From positions 1 through 58,804 of the forward strand of contig JAHECM010000002.1 of assembly GCA_024641725.1 (NCBI GenBank): DNA of 58,804 nucleotides, given 5' to 3'. Both the position numbers and the translations under genes were made by a program. Numbering within the stretch: position 1 is the stretch's first letter; each line of letters starts with the position of its first letter. The DNA is from Limnohabitans sp. (GTDB lineage Bacteria > Pseudomonadota > Gammaproteobacteria > Burkholderiales > Burkholderiaceae_C). Shown here piece after piece: positions 1 through 11,213 of the stretch. A model generated the notes under the pieces. The model was not told the origin of the DNA and did not search any database. It saw only the letters and a list, made by a program, of their open reading frames with translations.

Positions 1-1026
1 TACATCAGCCCCAGCCAAGTGCGCCGCTTTAACCTGCACACCGGCGACATGATCGAAGGCGAAGTGCGCATCCCCAAAGACGGCGAGCGCTACTTTGCAT
101 TGACCAAGCTCGACAAGGTCAACGACGACCTGCCTGAGAACAACAAACACAAGGTCATGTTCGAGAACTTGACGCCGCTGTTCCCCAAAGAGCAAATGCG
201 TCTGGAGCGCGACATCAAGGGCGAAGAAAACATCACCAGCCGCGTGATCGACATCATTGCGCCTTTGGGCCGTGGCCAACGCGCCCTGATCGTCGCCCAA
301 CCCAAGTCGGGCAAGACGGTGATGATGCAGCAGATCGCCCACGCCATCACGGCCAATTACCCCGATGTCCACCTGATGGTGTTGTTGGTGGACGAGCGCC
401 CTGAAGAAGTCACCGAAATGCAGCGCAGCGTGCGCGGCGAAGTGATTTCGTCCACCTTCGACGAACCCGCCGCACGACACGTCCACGTGGCCGAAATGGT
501 GATTGAGCGCGCCAAGCGCTTGGTCGAATTGAAAAAAGACGTGGTGATCTTGCTCGACTCGATCACCCGCCTGGCCCGCGCCTACAACAACGTGGTGCCC
601 TCATCAGGCAAAGTGCTGTCGGGCGGCGTCGACGCCAACGCCCTGCAGCGCCCCAAGCGTTTCTTTGGAGCCGCCCGCAATGTGGAGGAAGGCGGCAGCC
701 TGACCATCATCGCCACCGCACTGGTGGACACCGGCAGCCGCATGGACGAAGTCATTTTTGAAGAATTCAAAGGCACCGGCAACTGCGAGATTCACTTGGA
801 GCGCCGCCTGTATGAAAAGCGCGTGTTCCCAGCCATCAACTTGAACCGCAGCGGCACACGCCGCGAAGAGATGCTCTTGCAGCCCGAAGTGCTGCAAAAA
901 ACCCGTATCCTGCGCCAGTTCATGTACAACATGGACGAAATCGAGGCCATGGAAATGGTCTTGAAGAGCATGAAAGCGACCAAGTCCAACGTCGAGTTCT
1001 TCGACATGATGAGACGCGGCGGCTGA
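1..1026 (+). CDS. rho: Transcription termination factor Rho (5' part outside window)
   Basis: Open frame from base 1 ([10 protein letters not shown]); Rho motifs [45 protein letters not shown]. Confidence 0.98.
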   Translation, partial: YISPSQVRRFNLHTGDMIEGEVRIPKDGERYFALTKLDKVNDDLPENNKHKVMFENLTPLFPKEQMRLERDIKGEENITSRVIDIIAPLGRGQRALIVAQPKSGKTVMMQQIAHAITANYPDVHLMVLLVDERPEEVTEMQRSVRGEVISSTFDEPAARHVHVAEMVIERAKRLVELKKDVVILLDSITRLARAYNNVVPSSGKVLSGGVDANALQRPKRFFGAARNVEEGGSLTIIATALVDTGSRMDEVIFEEFKGTGNCEIHLERRLYEKRVFPAINLNRSGTRREEMLLQPEVLQKTRILRQFMYNMDEIEAMEMVLKSMKATKSNVEFFDMMRRGG

Positions 1027-1108
1027 CCCGCTATAATCCAAGGTTTTGCGGAAAGTGCGCTCGGATTGGCTGAGGCGTGGCTACCGTGGTTTAAAAAAGG
1101 AAAACCCC

Positions 1109-1372
1109 ATGAAAGACGGCATTCACCCGAACTACCGTGAAGTTTGCTTCCAGGACATGTCCAACGGCTTCAAGTTCGTGACCCGCTCCTGCGCCAACAC
1201 CAAAGAAATGATCAAGATGGAAGACGGCCGCGAACTGCCATGGTTCAAGCTGGACACCACCAGCGAGTCGCACCCCTTCTACACAGGCACCCAAAAGTCT
1301 GTGGACAACATGGGTGGCCGCGTGGAGCGCTTCCGCAACCGCTTCGGCAAAACGACCACTGTGGCCAAATAA
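1109..1372 (+). CDS. rpmE2: 50S ribosomal protein L31 type B
   Basis: [12 protein letters not shown]...SESHPFYTG...GGRVERF; no CxxC zinc motifs; ATG at 1109 after AAGG; TATAAT at 1032-1037. Confidence 0.95.
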   Translation: MKDGIHPNYREVCFQDMSNGFKFVTRSCANTKEMIKMEDGRELPWFKLDTTSESHPFYTGTQKSVDNMGGRVERFRNRFGKTTTVAK

Positions 1373-1391
1373 TCCAGCCACCGTTATCCAC

Positions 1392-1428
1392 AAGGGCAGC
1401 CCGGGCAACCGGCCTGCCCTTTTGTTTT
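1392..1428 (+). terminator. Intrinsic terminator after L31 gene
   Basis: AAGGGCAG-c-CCGG-gcaa-CCGG-c-CTGCCCTT hairpin followed by TTGTTTT. Confidence 0.85.
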
Positions 1429-1474
1429 GCGCCCGAACCGCAAGCGCCTTCTACAGACCTGCTATCTTTACACC

Positions 1475-3184
1475 GTGAACCAGACCAATCCCGCCATCGT
1501 TGCCCGCAATGCCACCCGCCGCCTACCGCGCTGGGCCCTGCTGCTGCTGTGCGTGGCCTATGTTTTGCCTGGGTTTTTAGGCCGCGCGCCCTGGAAATCT
1601 GCCGACATCGAAGCCTTTGGCTTCATGATGCAGTGGGCCCGCCCTGCGGCAGGTGAACTCTCCGCCTGGTGGCACCCCACTTTGATGGGACAAGCCGAAC
1701 CCAGCCTGGCCCTGCTGCCCACGTGGCTTGGGGCCGCATTCATCAAACTGGCCCCTTTGGGCAGCGAAGCGCTGGCCGCACGCCTGCCCTTCATGCTGAT
1801 GCTGGGGCTCACCTTCGCAGCCACTTGGTATGCCGTCCACGCTCTGGCCCGAGCGGACGCGGCCCAACCCGTGGCCTTTGCGTTTGGCGGTGAGGCACAG
1901 CCCAAGGACTACGCCACAGCATTGGCCGATGGCGGCGTCCTGGCCCTCATGGCCTGCCTGGGATTGGCCCAACTTTCACACGAAACCACCCCAGCCCTCT
2001 CGCAGCTGTGTTTTGCAGCCTTGCTCTTCAGCGGCCTGGCCAACTTGCCTCGCCGACGCATGACGGCCCTGCTGGTGATCGCTGCGGGCGTGCTGGGTTT
2101 GACACTGTCCGGTGCGCCCGTGCTGGCCTTGATGCTGGCCACGGGCGGCATCTTGATCCGGGTGTTCGGCCAAACCGATGCGGATGAGCGGCGGCTGAGC
2201 ATGCTGGATGTGGGCATGTTGGCCTTGCTTTGCCTGCTGTCCATCACCTTGGCCGGGGCCTTGGACTTGTGGCGTTGGCGCATCGTGCCGCCCGCCATGC
2301 CCGAGTTGCACAAAGTGGGCAGCTTGCTGATCTGGTTCACCTGGCCGGCTGGCCCCTTGGCCATGTGGTCTTTGTGGCGTTGGCGGCATCAATTGGTCCA
2401 GGGTTGGCGGTTCGCGCACATCGGGCTGCCGGCCTGGTTTGCTTTGGTGACGGTGGGCACAACCTGTTTGACCGGTTTGTCCGACCGGGCACTGCTGACG
2501 GCACTGCCCTCTGTTGCCACACTGGCCGCATTCGCGTTGCCGACGCTTCGCCGGAGCTTGGGGGCCCTGATTGATTGGTTCACCCTGCTGTTTTTCAGTG
2601 TCTGCGCCATGACCATCTGGACCGTTTGGATCTCCATGGAAACAGGCATTCCTGCACAGCCAGCGCGCAATGTGGCGCGCCGCGCGCCCGAATTCACGCA
2701 CGACTTTTCATGGGGTCTGTTTCTCGTTGCGGCCTTGGCCACACTGGCCTGGTGTGCCCTCGTGCGCTGGCGCACAGGGCGCCACCAATCTGCCCTTTGG
2801 AAAACACTGGTTTTGCCAGCCAGCGGAGCGGCTCTGTGTTGGTTGCTGCTCATGACGCTTTGGTTGCCACTGCTCAACTATGGGCGCAGCTACGCGCCGT
2901 TGGTGGACAAAGTTCAGGCCATCACTGGGCCGCAGTCCTGCTTGCAGTACGCAGGCATCAGCAAGGCGCAAGGCGCTGCATTCATGTACCACGCCAAGCT
3001 GCGCTTGCAGCCTGCCGCCAGGCCCTCGACAGACTGCGCTTGGCTGATCCTTGACCTCGACCATCTGAGCACCTGGTCCGATTCGCTGCAGGCTCTGGGA
3101 TGGACAGAATCTGCACGGGTCACGCGCCCCACCGACGATTTCGAAACCATGGTGCTGTTTCAAGCAACGCCAAATCGGCCTTGA
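1475..3184 (+). CDS. ArnT-like polytopic membrane glycosyltransferase
   Basis: Many TM segments; N-terminal PGFLGRAPWKSAD; likely GTG start at 1475 (VNQTNPAIV); typical neighbour of rho-rpmE in Burkholderiales (from knowledge). Confidence 0.7.
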   Translation: MNQTNPAIVARNATRRLPRWALLLLCVAYVLPGFLGRAPWKSADIEAFGFMMQWARPAAGELSAWWHPTLMGQAEPSLALLPTWLGAAFIKLAPLGSEALAARLPFMLMLGLTFAATWYAVHALARADAAQPVAFAFGGEAQPKDYATALADGGVLALMACLGLAQLSHETTPALSQLCFAALLFSGLANLPRRRMTALLVIAAGVLGLTLSGAPVLALMLATGGILIRVFGQTDADERRLSMLDVGMLALLCLLSITLAGALDLWRWRIVPPAMPELHKVGSLLIWFTWPAGPLAMWSLWRWRHQLVQGWRFAHIGLPAWFALVTVGTTCLTGLSDRALLTALPSVATLAAFALPTLRRSLGALIDWFTLLFFSVCAMTIWTVWISMETGIPAQPARNVARRAPEFTHDFSWGLFLVAALATLAWCALVRWRTGRHQSALWKTLVLPASGAALCWLLLMTLWLPLLNYGRSYAPLVDKVQAITGPQSCLQYAGISKAQGAAFMYHAKLRLQPAARPSTDCAWLILDLDHLSTWSDSLQALGWTESARVTRPTDDFETMVLFQATPNRP

Positions 3185-3187
3185 TGC

Positions 3188-4540
3188 GTGTCTGAACTCA
3201 GACACATCTCTCGGCATGCGGGCACGGTGCTGGTGGGCCAGCTCGCCGTCATCGGCTTTGGGGTGGCCGACACCCTGATCGCCGGGCGGCACAGCCCGCA
3301 GGCCTTGGCCACACTGTCGCTGGCTTCATCGATTTACATCAGCGTGTATGTGGGCCTCAATGGCCTGATCCAAGCCTTGCTGCCGGTCTGGGCCGAGCTG
3401 CGCGGTGCGGGGCGCGAAGCCGAGATTGGCCGCTCGGTGCGCCAAGCGCTCTACATCACGGCCGCTGCTGCAGTCATCGGCGTGTTGGCGCTGTGCTTTC
3501 CCAAGCCCTGGCTGGTCTGGACCGAGGTCCCCACCGCTTTGTGGCCCGACGTCCAGGCCTACCTGGGTGTGTTGGCCGTGGCGCTGATTCCCTCTTTGCT
3601 GTTTCGCATGTACGGCACGCTCAACCAAAGCCTGGGCTACCCGCGCCTGGTGACTTGGCTGCAAGCGGGCGCGCTGTGCGTCAAAGTGCCTTTGTCTGCC
3701 GCACTCACCTTTGGCGTGGCAGATGTGCCTGGGCTGGGCGTGGTGGGCTGCGCCTGGGCCACCCTGTGCGTCAACAGCTTGATGCTGGGCACCGGGGTTT
3801 GGCTGCTGCGCACCCAGCCGCTCTACCGCCCCTACCGGCTGTGGCTGGCTCTGGAAGCCCCGAACCCGGCCGTGCTGCGTCGGTTTTTGGCGCTGGGCGT
3901 CCCAGCAGGCCTGTCCATCGTGGTGGAAGTGACCTCCTTCACCCTAATGGCGCTGTTCATTGCTCGGCTGGGCGCGGTGCCACTGGCCAGCCACCAAATT
4001 GCCGCCAGCATGGCGGGGGTGCTGTACATGGTGCCCTTGGCCATTGGCATCGCCAGCAGCGCCCGCACCGGCTACTGGCTGGGGGCTGGCCAAGCGCTGC
4101 GCGCGCGTCAGGCGGCCATCACCGGGCTGCGCCTGGCGGCGGGCTTGAGCGTGCTGTGCGCGGCTGCGCTGTGGCTGGGGCGTGAGCCACTGGCGCGGTC
4201 ATTCTCCAAAGACCCCGCCGTGGCTTTGGCCGGCGCTGTCTGGCTGGGGTGGGTGGCGCTGTACCACCTGAGCGATGCGCTGCAAGCGGTCTGCGTCTTT
4301 TTGTTGCGCTGCTACCGCGTCACGCTGCTGCCCCTGCTGCTTTACACCACCTTGCTGTGGGGCCTGGGGCTGTACGGCGGCTACTTGCTGACCTACGAGG
4401 GACTGGGCCCTTGGGCCGCGCACCCCTCGGTCGAGACGTTTTGGCTCACCAGCACAGCGGCGCTGGCGCTCGTGTCCGTGTTGTTTTTGGGCCTGCTGTG
4501 GCGCGCCATGCCTGCGCGCAGCAAGCCCTCAGCCCACTGA
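3188..4540 (+). CDS. MATE family efflux transporter (NorM-like)
   Basis: ~12 TM; ADTLIAG, LGVVGCAWAT, LASHQIA motifs. Confidence 0.9.
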   Translation: MSELRHISRHAGTVLVGQLAVIGFGVADTLIAGRHSPQALATLSLASSIYISVYVGLNGLIQALLPVWAELRGAGREAEIGRSVRQALYITAAAAVIGVLALCFPKPWLVWTEVPTALWPDVQAYLGVLAVALIPSLLFRMYGTLNQSLGYPRLVTWLQAGALCVKVPLSAALTFGVADVPGLGVVGCAWATLCVNSLMLGTGVWLLRTQPLYRPYRLWLALEAPNPAVLRRFLALGVPAGLSIVVEVTSFTLMALFIARLGAVPLASHQIAASMAGVLYMVPLAIGIASSARTGYWLGAGQALRARQAAITGLRLAAGLSVLCAAALWLGREPLARSFSKDPAVALAGAVWLGWVALYHLSDALQAVCVFLLRCYRVTLLPLLLYTTLLWGLGLYGGYLLTYEGLGPWAAHPSVETFWLTSTAALALVSVLFLGLLWRAMPARSKPSAH

Positions 4541-5863
4541 CTGCAGGCCCTGCACCCGACTGGCGGGAAACACCAGCATGAAATTGGAGCCTTGGCCCCA
4601 CTGGCTCTCAATCCGCAACTGCCCGCCATGGCGCTGCGCCACATGCTTGGTGATGGCCAGCCCCAAACCGGTACCGCCCGTCTCACGCGAACGGCTGCGG
4701 TCCACCCGGTAAAACCGCTCCGACAATCGCGGCAAATGCTCGGGCGCAATGCCTGGCCCCGTGTCTTTGACAGAAAACACCACCTGGTCAGAAGCGTTGC
4801 GCGTCCATCCGATGCGGATGGTGCCACCCGCTGGGGTGTAGCGCACGGCGTTGTTGACCAAATTGGACGCGGCGCTGAGCAGCTCGTCGCGAGAGCCCAT
4901 GACCGACCAGTCCGGCGTGGGTGACATCTCCAGCACATGCACCGGTGTCAGCCCTTGCGGCCCCTGCAAGGCCGACAGCGATTGGGCGTCACCCAACACC
5001 TGCTGCATCAAAGGCTGCAAGGCCACAGGCTCAGCTTTGCCGGGCAGTGGGCTGCCTTCCAGCTGAGACAGGGTCAATAAATCACTGACCAGTGCCTGCA
5101 TGCGCGAGGACTGAACCGCCATCAACTCCAGGTAATGCTGCTGCTCTTGCGCAGACAGCGGCAAAGATTGCAGCGTCTCCACAAAGCCCATCAGCACCGT
5201 CAAAGGGGTGCGGATTTCATGAGACACATTGGCCACAAAGTCGCGGCGCATGCTTTCGGCTTGTTGCACCGCCGTGATATCGCGGCTCAGCAAAAGCAGC
5301 TGCCCCTGGCCATACGCGTGCAGCTGAACCGACAACTTGACGCTGTGGGCCAAAGTGGCCGTGCGGCCCTCGATCTCAACTTCGCTGTCGTGCCGCTCTT
5401 GCGCAAAGTAGCGCGAAAACACCGGGTCCCGCACCATGTGCACCACATGCTGCAATTGGTCGCGCTGGGGGTCGATGCCCAAATGCAAAGCGGCACTGTC
5501 GTTGCACCACTCAATGCGCCCCTGCGCGTCAAGCAAGGTCACGCCGTTGGGCGAAGCCTGAATGGCCTGCAAGAAATGCCCCAAGCGATCGGTGTGGATC
5601 TGCACCTGCTGGTCACGCTGGTGCAACTGCCTGCGCATGCGGTCGCTCAAATCGCGCCACAAGCCCCCCAAAGCAGGCGCCTCCTGGGCCGAGCCGGTGC
5701 GCAACCAAAGGTCCAGCCGGTGGGCTCGCCACAGGTGCTGGCCCAGCCAAAACCACGCCAACAGCAAAGGCCCGGCCAGGGCGACGCCCCAGCCCCAAAA
5801 CCAGCCAAGCACCAACGCCGACAACAGGCTCCACAACAACAAGCCCAAAAGGTGCAAGACCAT
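4529..5863 (-). CDS. phoR: Phosphate regulon sensor kinase PhoR
   Basis: PAS region, H-box FVANVSHEIRTPLT, N-box NLVNNAVRYT, ERFYRVD, GGTGLGLAI; downstream of phoB. Confidence 0.96.
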   Translation of the reverse strand: MVLHLLGLLLWSLLSALVLGWFWGWGVALAGPLLLAWFWLGQHLWRAHRLDLWLRTGSAQEAPALGGLWRDLSDRMRRQLHQRDQQVQIHTDRLGHFLQAIQASPNGVTLLDAQGRIEWCNDSAALHLGIDPQRDQLQHVVHMVRDPVFSRYFAQERHDSEVEIEGRTATLAHSVKLSVQLHAYGQGQLLLLSRDITAVQQAESMRRDFVANVSHEIRTPLTVLMGFVETLQSLPLSAQEQQHYLELMAVQSSRMQALVSDLLTLSQLEGSPLPGKAEPVALQPLMQQVLGDAQSLSALQGPQGLTPVHVLEMSPTPDWSVMGSRDELLSAASNLVNNAVRYTPAGGTIRIGWTRNASDQVVFSVKDTGPGIAPEHLPRLSERFYRVDRSRSRETGGTGLGLAITKHVAQRHGGQLRIESQWGQGSNFMLVFPASRVQGLQSVG

Positions 5864-5866
5864 GGC

Positions 5867-6562
5867 TCAGACCGCAGGACTGGCTGTGAGGCGGTAACCC
5901 GCACCGCGCACCGTCTCGACCATGCGCCCGGCCTCACCCAGCGATTCGCGCAGGCGCTTGACATGCACGTCCACCGTCCGCTCCTCGATGTAAACGTGGT
6001 CGCCCCACACTTTGTCCAGCAGCATGCCCCGGCTGTGCACGCGCTCGGGGTGGCGCATCAGGTATTGCAGCAACTTGAACTCGGTGGGCCCAATTTTGAG
6101 CGGCGACTCCGTCCAGCTCACACGGTGGGTGTCGGCGTCCAAACTCAAGTCGCCAATGCGCACCACACCACCGCCTTGCTCTGGGGCACGGCGGCGCAGC
6201 ACCGCGCGGATGCGGGCCAACAACTCACGGGGCGAAAACGGCTTGACGATGTAATCGTCCGCGCCCGCGTCCAAGCCGGCCACACGGTCAGGCTCATCGC
6301 CACGGGCAGTGATCATCAAGATCGGCACGGCCTTGCTGCGGGCCGAGGCGCGCCAGCGCTTGGCCAGGCTCAGACCACTCTCGCCGGGCAGCATCCAGTC
6401 CAGCAGTATCACATCGGGCAGCACTTCGTCCACCTCGCGCTGGGCAGATTCGGCATCCATTGCACACACCGGTTGAAAGCCGTTGTGGCGCAAGTTCACC
6501 GCGATCAACTCGGCGATGGCCGGTTCGTCCTCAACGATCAGGATTCGGGGCAGATTTCTCAT
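5867..6562 (-). CDS. phoB: Phosphate regulon response regulator PhoB
   Basis: LLDWMLPG, GPTEFKLL, VWGDHVYIEERTVDVHVKRLR, TVRGAGY. Confidence 0.98.
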   Translation of the reverse strand: MRNLPRILIVEDEPAIAELIAVNLRHNGFQPVCAMDAESAQREVDEVLPDVILLDWMLPGESGLSLAKRWRASARSKAVPILMITARGDEPDRVAGLDAGADDYIVKPFSPRELLARIRAVLRRRAPEQGGGVVRIGDLSLDADTHRVSWTESPLKIGPTEFKLLQYLMRHPERVHSRGMLLDKVWGDHVYIEERTVDVHVKRLRESLGEAGRMVETVRGAGYRLTASPAV

Positions 6563-7257
6563 TTCACCGCAGATTCAATGTCGGCCAAAGCGGTATGGCG
6601 CACATCCGCGCCCTTGACCACGTAAATCACGAATTCGGCAATGTTCTTGGCATGGTCGCCGATGCGCTCAATGGCCTTGGCCACAAACAGCAAGTCCAAA
6701 CTGGCCGAAATCGTGCGCGGATCTTCCATCATGTACGTCACGAGTTTGCGCATGAACCCATTGAACTCGGCATCGATCAGGTCGTCCTCTTTGAGGATTT
6801 CAAGAGCGGTGTTCACGTCCAAACGGGCAAACGCGTCCAGCGACTTGCGCAGCAAAGCCGTGGCCAAATCAGACGCCACGCGCAGCTCAGTCGAGGGCAA
6901 ATTGCGCGGGTTGCCTTGCTCCAAAATCTGCTTGACCATGCGGGCAATGCGCTCGGCTTCGTCGCCTGCGCGTTCCAGATTGCCCGTGATTTTGGAGATT
7001 GCCATCAGCAAGCGCAGGTCTCGCGCGGTGGGCTGCCGCCGCGCAATGATCGAGGCCAGCTCAGCGTCGATCTCCACCTCCATGGCGTTGACCAAGCGCT
7101 CCGAGTCGATCACTTGCTTGGCCACTTCGGCGCTGAACTGCGCCAAGGCGTACACCGCATGGCGGGTTTGCGACTCCACCAAGCCGCCCAACTCCAGCAC
7201 GCGCGAGGACACGCCGGTCAGGTCGGCATCAAATTGACTTGAAATGTGTTTTTCCAT
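6559..7257 (-). CDS. phoU: Phosphate signalling protein PhoU
   Basis: HISSQFD, ARRQPTARDLR, ERIGDHAKNIAE. Confidence 0.98.
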   Translation of the reverse strand: MEKHISSQFDADLTGVSSRVLELGGLVESQTRHAVYALAQFSAEVAKQVIDSERLVNAMEVEIDAELASIIARRQPTARDLRLLMAISKITGNLERAGDEAERIARMVKQILEQGNPRNLPSTELRVASDLATALLRKSLDAFARLDVNTALEILKEDDLIDAEFNGFMRKLVTYMMEDPRTISASLDLLFVAKAIERIGDHAKNIAEFVIYVVKGADVRHTALADIESAVK

Positions 7258-7271
7258 CTTGCTTCTCCGGA

Positions 7272-8060
7272 TCAGCCAAAACGGCCAGTGATGTAGTCTT
7301 CGGTTTCTTGACGCGTGGGCTTCATGAAAATCTGGTCGGTCTTGCCAAATTCGATCAACTCACCCAGGTACATGTAGGCGGTGTAGTCCGACACCCGGGC
7401 CGCCTGCTGCATGTTGTGCGTGACGATGGCCACGGTGTAGTCGTTCTTGAGCTCGCTGACCAACTCCTCGACCTTGGCGGTCGAGATCGGGTCCAGCGCC
7501 GAAGTCGGCTCGTCCAACAAGATGACCTTGGGTTTGACGGCCACCGTGCGGGCAATGCACAGGCGCTGCTGCTGCCCACCCGACAGCGACAGACCGCTTT
7601 GCCCGATCTTGTCTTTGACCTCGGTCCACAAAGCCGCCTTGGTCAAAGCCCACTCCACCCGCTCGTCCATGTCGGCGCGGCTGAGGTTTTCATAGAGCTT
7701 CACACCAAAGGCGATGTTGTCGTAGATCGACATCGGAAACGGCGTGGGTTTTTGGAACACCATGCCCACCCGGGCACGCAGCAAGTTCAAGTCTTGCTTG
7801 GCGTCCAAGATGTTCTCGCCGTACAAATTGATCTCACCCTCGGCACGCTGGCCGGGATAGAGGCTGTACATGCGGTTGAGTGTGCGCAGCAAAGTGGACT
7901 TGCCGCAACCCGAAGGGCCAATGAACGCCGTGACCTTGCCCTCGGCAATGCCCATGTTGATGTTCTTGAGCCCTTTGAAGCTGCCGTAGAAAAAATCAAG
8001 ATTTCGGATCTCGATGGCGTTTTTGATGTGGATGTCAGTGGTCGGCATGTTGCGATCCAT
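7272..8060 (-). CDS. pstB: Phosphate ABC transporter ATPase
   Basis: [38 protein letters not shown]. Confidence 0.98.
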   Translation of the reverse strand: MDRNMPTTDIHIKNAIEIRNLDFFYGSFKGLKNINMGIAEGKVTAFIGPSGCGKSTLLRTLNRMYSLYPGQRAEGEINLYGENILDAKQDLNLLRARVGMVFQKPTPFPMSIYDNIAFGVKLYENLSRADMDERVEWALTKAALWTEVKDKIGQSGLSLSGGQQQRLCIARTVAVKPKVILLDEPTSALDPISTAKVEELVSELKNDYTVAIVTHNMQQAARVSDYTAYMYLGELIEFGKTDQIFMKPTRQETEDYITGRFG

Positions 8061-8069
8061 TCAGTCAGG

Positions 8070-8918
8070 TCAATGGGAGGCTTTGTCGCGCAAGAACACG
8101 CGGGCGATGATGTTGAGGATCAGCACCGTCAAGGTGATGAGCAGTGCGCCGCCCCAAGCCAGGCGAACCCAGTTGTCATAGGGGCTCATGGCGAACTGGA
8201 AAATGACCACCGGCAAATTGGCCATCGGGGCGTTCATATTGGTCGAGAAAAACTGGTTGTTCAACGCCGTGAACAGCAGCGGCGCGGTCTCGCCACTGAT
8301 GCGTGCCAGCGCCAACAGCAGCCCGGTCATCACCCCAGCACGGGCAGCGCGCAGCGTCACAAACGTGGCCACCTTCCAGCGCGGAGCGCCCAAGGCGAAC
8401 GCCGCTTCACGCAGGCTGCCGGGCACCAGGCGCAGCATGTTCTCGGTGGTGCGCACCACCACCGGGATGGCGATGAGCGACAAAGCCAAAGAGCCGGCCC
8501 AACCCGAAAAGTGCTTCATCTGCGCCACCATGATGGCGTACACAAACAAGCCCAGCACGATGGACGGGGCCGACAGCATGACATCGGTCACAAAGCGCGT
8601 CAGGCTGGCGGTGGGGCTCTCATCGCCGTATTCGGCCAGGTAAACCCCGGCAAAAATACCAATGGGCGTGCTCACCAAAGCGGTCACCCCCACCATCAGC
8701 AAACTGCCCATGATGGCGTTGGCCAAGCCACCGCCGTCCGAGCCTGGCGCGGGTGTCGATTCGGTGAACATGGCCCAATCAATGGCCGAAAACCCGTTCT
8801 TGAAGAGGACCGTCAAGATCCACAACAGCACAAACAGGCCCAGCGCCATGGCCAGCATGGACAAAGTCAGGCCGATGCGGTTGGCCCGCATGCGGCGTCG
8901 GTAAATGGCATGGTTCAT
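8070..8918 (-). CDS. pstA: Phosphate ABC transporter permease
   Basis: [26 protein letters not shown]; ATG at 8918 chosen so it does not overlap pstC. Confidence 0.96.
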   Translation of the reverse strand: MNHAIYRRRMRANRIGLTLSMLAMALGLFVLLWILTVLFKNGFSAIDWAMFTESTPAPGSDGGGLANAIMGSLLMVGVTALVSTPIGIFAGVYLAEYGDESPTASLTRFVTDVMLSAPSIVLGLFVYAIMVAQMKHFSGWAGSLALSLIAIPVVVRTTENMLRLVPGSLREAAFALGAPRWKVATFVTLRAARAGVMTGLLLALARISGETAPLLFTALNNQFFSTNMNAPMANLPVVIFQFAMSPYDNWVRLAWGGALLITLTVLILNIIARVFLRDKASH

Positions 8919-8931
8919 GTGGGTGTTCTCT

Positions 8932-9918
8932 TCAGGTCTTGGTGCCCTTGGCTTTTTCAGCCCGGGCAATCATGAGTTTGGCCAGAGACAACACCACCAA
9001 GGTGATGATGAACAGCAAAAACCCGAGCGCAAACAGCGCGGAAAGGTGAAAGTCAGCTGCCTCGCCAAACTCGTTGGCCAGCGTCGATGCGATGGACGAG
9101 CCCGGCGCAAACAAAGAAGTCGACAAGCGTTGCGAGTTGCCGATCACGAACGTGACCGCCATGGTCTCGCCCAGTGCGCGGCCCAAACCCAGCATGATGC
9201 CGCCGACCACGCCTTTTTGGGTGTAGGGCCAGACGATGTGGCGAACCACCTCCCAGGTGGTGCAACCCAAGCCGTAGGCCGACTCACGCAAGATGGGCGG
9301 CACGATCTCGAACACGTCGCGCATCACAGCCGAAATGAAGGGCAAGATCATGAACGCCAGCACAATGCCTGCCGCCAAAATGCCAATCCCGTTCATGGCC
9401 CCACCAAACAAGCTGCCAATGATCGGCATCTGGCCCAGGGTGGACTGCAGCGCGGGCTGACCGTAATCGGCAAACAGCGGGGCAAAAATGAACAGGCCAA
9501 ACATGCCGTAAATGATGGACGGCACCGCCGCCAACAACTCAATGGCCGTGCCCAGCGGGCGGCGAAGCGCCACGGGGCAGTTTTCTGTGAGGAACAATGC
9601 AATGCCAAATGACAGTGGCACCGCCATCAGCAGCGCAATGGCGGCACTGACCAGGGTGCCAAAAATGGCAATGGCTGCGCCAAACTCTTCGTTGACCACG
9701 TCCCACTCGACGCGCCACACGAACTGGAAGCCGAATTTGGACAAGGCCGGCCATGCATTGATGACCAGCGAAAAAATGATGCCCAACAGTGCCAACAAGA
9801 CCATCATGGAAAAAATCCAAGTGATCTTGTGGAAGGCGAAGTCTTGCAAACGCTGGCGATTGGCTACTGCAAGAATGCTTTCACTGGTTTGAGGACGCGC
9901 CTCGATGACCAAGTTCAT
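8932..9918 (-). CDS. pstC: Phosphate ABC transporter permease
   Basis: [29 protein letters not shown]; ATG at 9918 behind AGGA. Confidence 0.96.
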   Translation of the reverse strand: MNLVIEARPQTSESILAVANRQRLQDFAFHKITWIFSMMVLLALLGIIFSLVINAWPALSKFGFQFVWRVEWDVVNEEFGAAIAIFGTLVSAAIALLMAVPLSFGIALFLTENCPVALRRPLGTAIELLAAVPSIIYGMFGLFIFAPLFADYGQPALQSTLGQMPIIGSLFGGAMNGIGILAAGIVLAFMILPFISAVMRDVFEIVPPILRESAYGLGCTTWEVVRHIVWPYTQKGVVGGIMLGLGRALGETMAVTFVIGNSQRLSTSLFAPGSSIASTLANEFGEAADFHLSALFALGFLLFIITLVVLSLAKLMIARAEKAKGTKT

Positions 9919-9965
9919 AGTGAGTCCTTGTATGCATTGCATCTGACCCTGCACATTCATCAGAA

Positions 9966-9992
9966 AGCCTCTTGCCAACGGGGCAAGAGGCT
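9966..9992 (-). terminator. pstS-pstC intergenic stem-loop (stabiliser or partial terminator)
   Basis: AGCCTCTTGCC-aacgg-GGCAAGAGGCT, 11-bp perfect stem. Confidence 0.7.
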
Positions 9993-10015
9993 GGCAGTGT
10001 CAGCTGGCAATTCGA

Positions 10016-11035
10016 TCAGTTTTTGATCTGGGACCAAACGCGCTGGCGAATTTGGCTGGTCAAGGCGTCAGGCAAGGCCACGTAGTCCATGTCTTCGGCC
10101 ATTTTTTTGCCGTTTTTGAAGGCCCACTCAAAGAACTTGATCACGTCCTTGGAGGCTTCTTTGTCGCTCGGCTCTTTGTACATCAAGATGAAAGAGGCGG
10201 TGCTGATGGGCCAGCTGCTGGCCCCCTTGGCGTTGACCATCGACACGCCCATGCCCGGCACGCTGAACCAATCGGCACCGGCCGCGGCCGAGGCAAAAGT
10301 CAGGTCATCTGGGCCCACGTACTTGCCATCTGCATTTTGCATCTGCAAAAAGGTCATGCCGTTTTTCTTGACATAGGCGTATTCCACGTAACCGATGGCG
10401 CCTTTGACGCGGGTCACGTTGGCGGCCACGCCTTCGTTGCCTTTGCCGCCCACCGAGGACTCGGCAGGCCACTTGACGGCGGCGTTCTTGCCCACCTTGT
10501 CGGCCCACTCTTTGCTCACAGCGCTCAGGTAGTCGGTGAAGTTGTAAGTGGTTCCTGAGCCGTCAGCGCGGTGCACCACGGTGATGGCTTGGTCGGGCAA
10601 GGCTTTGCCGGGGTTCAGAGCGACCAAATGGGCGTCGTTCCACTTGGTGATCTTGCCCATGTAGACATCGGCCAACACGGGGCCGGTGATGCGCAACTCG
10701 CCGGGCTTGAAGCCCGCCAAGTTCACCACAGGCACGGTGCCGCCAATGATGGCTGGAAACTGCACCATGCCGTCTTTGTCGAGGTCAGCGCCGGGCACGG
10801 GTGCGTCAGAGGCCCCAAAGGTCACGGTTTTGGCACGGATCTGGCGGATACCGCCCGAGGAGCCGATGGATTGGTAGTTCAGACCGACATTGGTCTCTTT
10901 TTTGTAGGCTTCGGCCCACTTGGCGTACATGGGGTACGGGAAAGTGGCGCCAGCGCCAGTGATGTCGGCAGCAGAACCGGCCAGTGCGGCAAACGCCAAG
11001 CCTGCGGCCACCAAGATCGATTTCATTTTCAACAT
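10016..11035 (-). CDS. pstS: Phosphate-binding protein PstS
   Basis: Signal peptide; ITGAGATFPYP, YQSIGSSGG, HRADGSGTT; ATG at 11035 behind GGAG. Confidence 0.98.
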   Translation of the reverse strand: MLKMKSILVAAGLAFAALAGSAADITGAGATFPYPMYAKWAEAYKKETNVGLNYQSIGSSGGIRQIRAKTVTFGASDAPVPGADLDKDGMVQFPAIIGGTVPVVNLAGFKPGELRITGPVLADVYMGKITKWNDAHLVALNPGKALPDQAITVVHRADGSGTTYNFTDYLSAVSKEWADKVGKNAAVKWPAESSVGGKGNEGVAANVTRVKGAIGYVEYAYVKKNGMTFLQMQNADGKYVGPDDLTFASAAAGADWFSVPGMGVSMVNAKGASSWPISTASFILMYKEPSDKEASKDVIKFFEWAFKNGKKMAEDMDYVALPDALTSQIRQRVWSQIKN

Positions 11036-11101
11036 GTGAGCTCCAGTTAAGTAATATTGACTCAAAACCCTTGGACTGCAAGAACTGCCCAAGACATCGT
11101 C

Positions 11102-11135
11102 ACTTTATGACTTGATTGTGTCAAATTCATGTCAA
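11102..11135 (-). promoter_or_regulatory. Pho box and -10 for pstSCAB-phoU-phoBR
   Basis: Minus strand TTGACAT-gaat-TTGACAC, 10 bp, TAAAGT. Confidence 0.85.
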
Positions 11136-11160
11136 TCGTGGGCTTGGCGATTTTTATTGA

Positions 11161-11194
11161 AGTTCACGAAATTGTCATTGTTGATTTTTAAACT
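11161..11194 (+). promoter_or_regulatory. Pho-box-like site and -10 for the sia-like operon
   Basis: AGTTCAC-gaaa-TTGTCAT, 10 bp, TAAACT. Confidence 0.6.
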
Positions 11195-11213
11195 TTGAAA
11201 ATCGTCAACACAA

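Noticed and set aside
5135-6625. Long antisense ORFs (also 7239-8975, 31957-33705, 38243-39535, 45823-47559, 48398-49789, 50135-51520)
   Set aside because: Shadow frames opposite well-supported genes in high-GC DNA; no recognisable motifs
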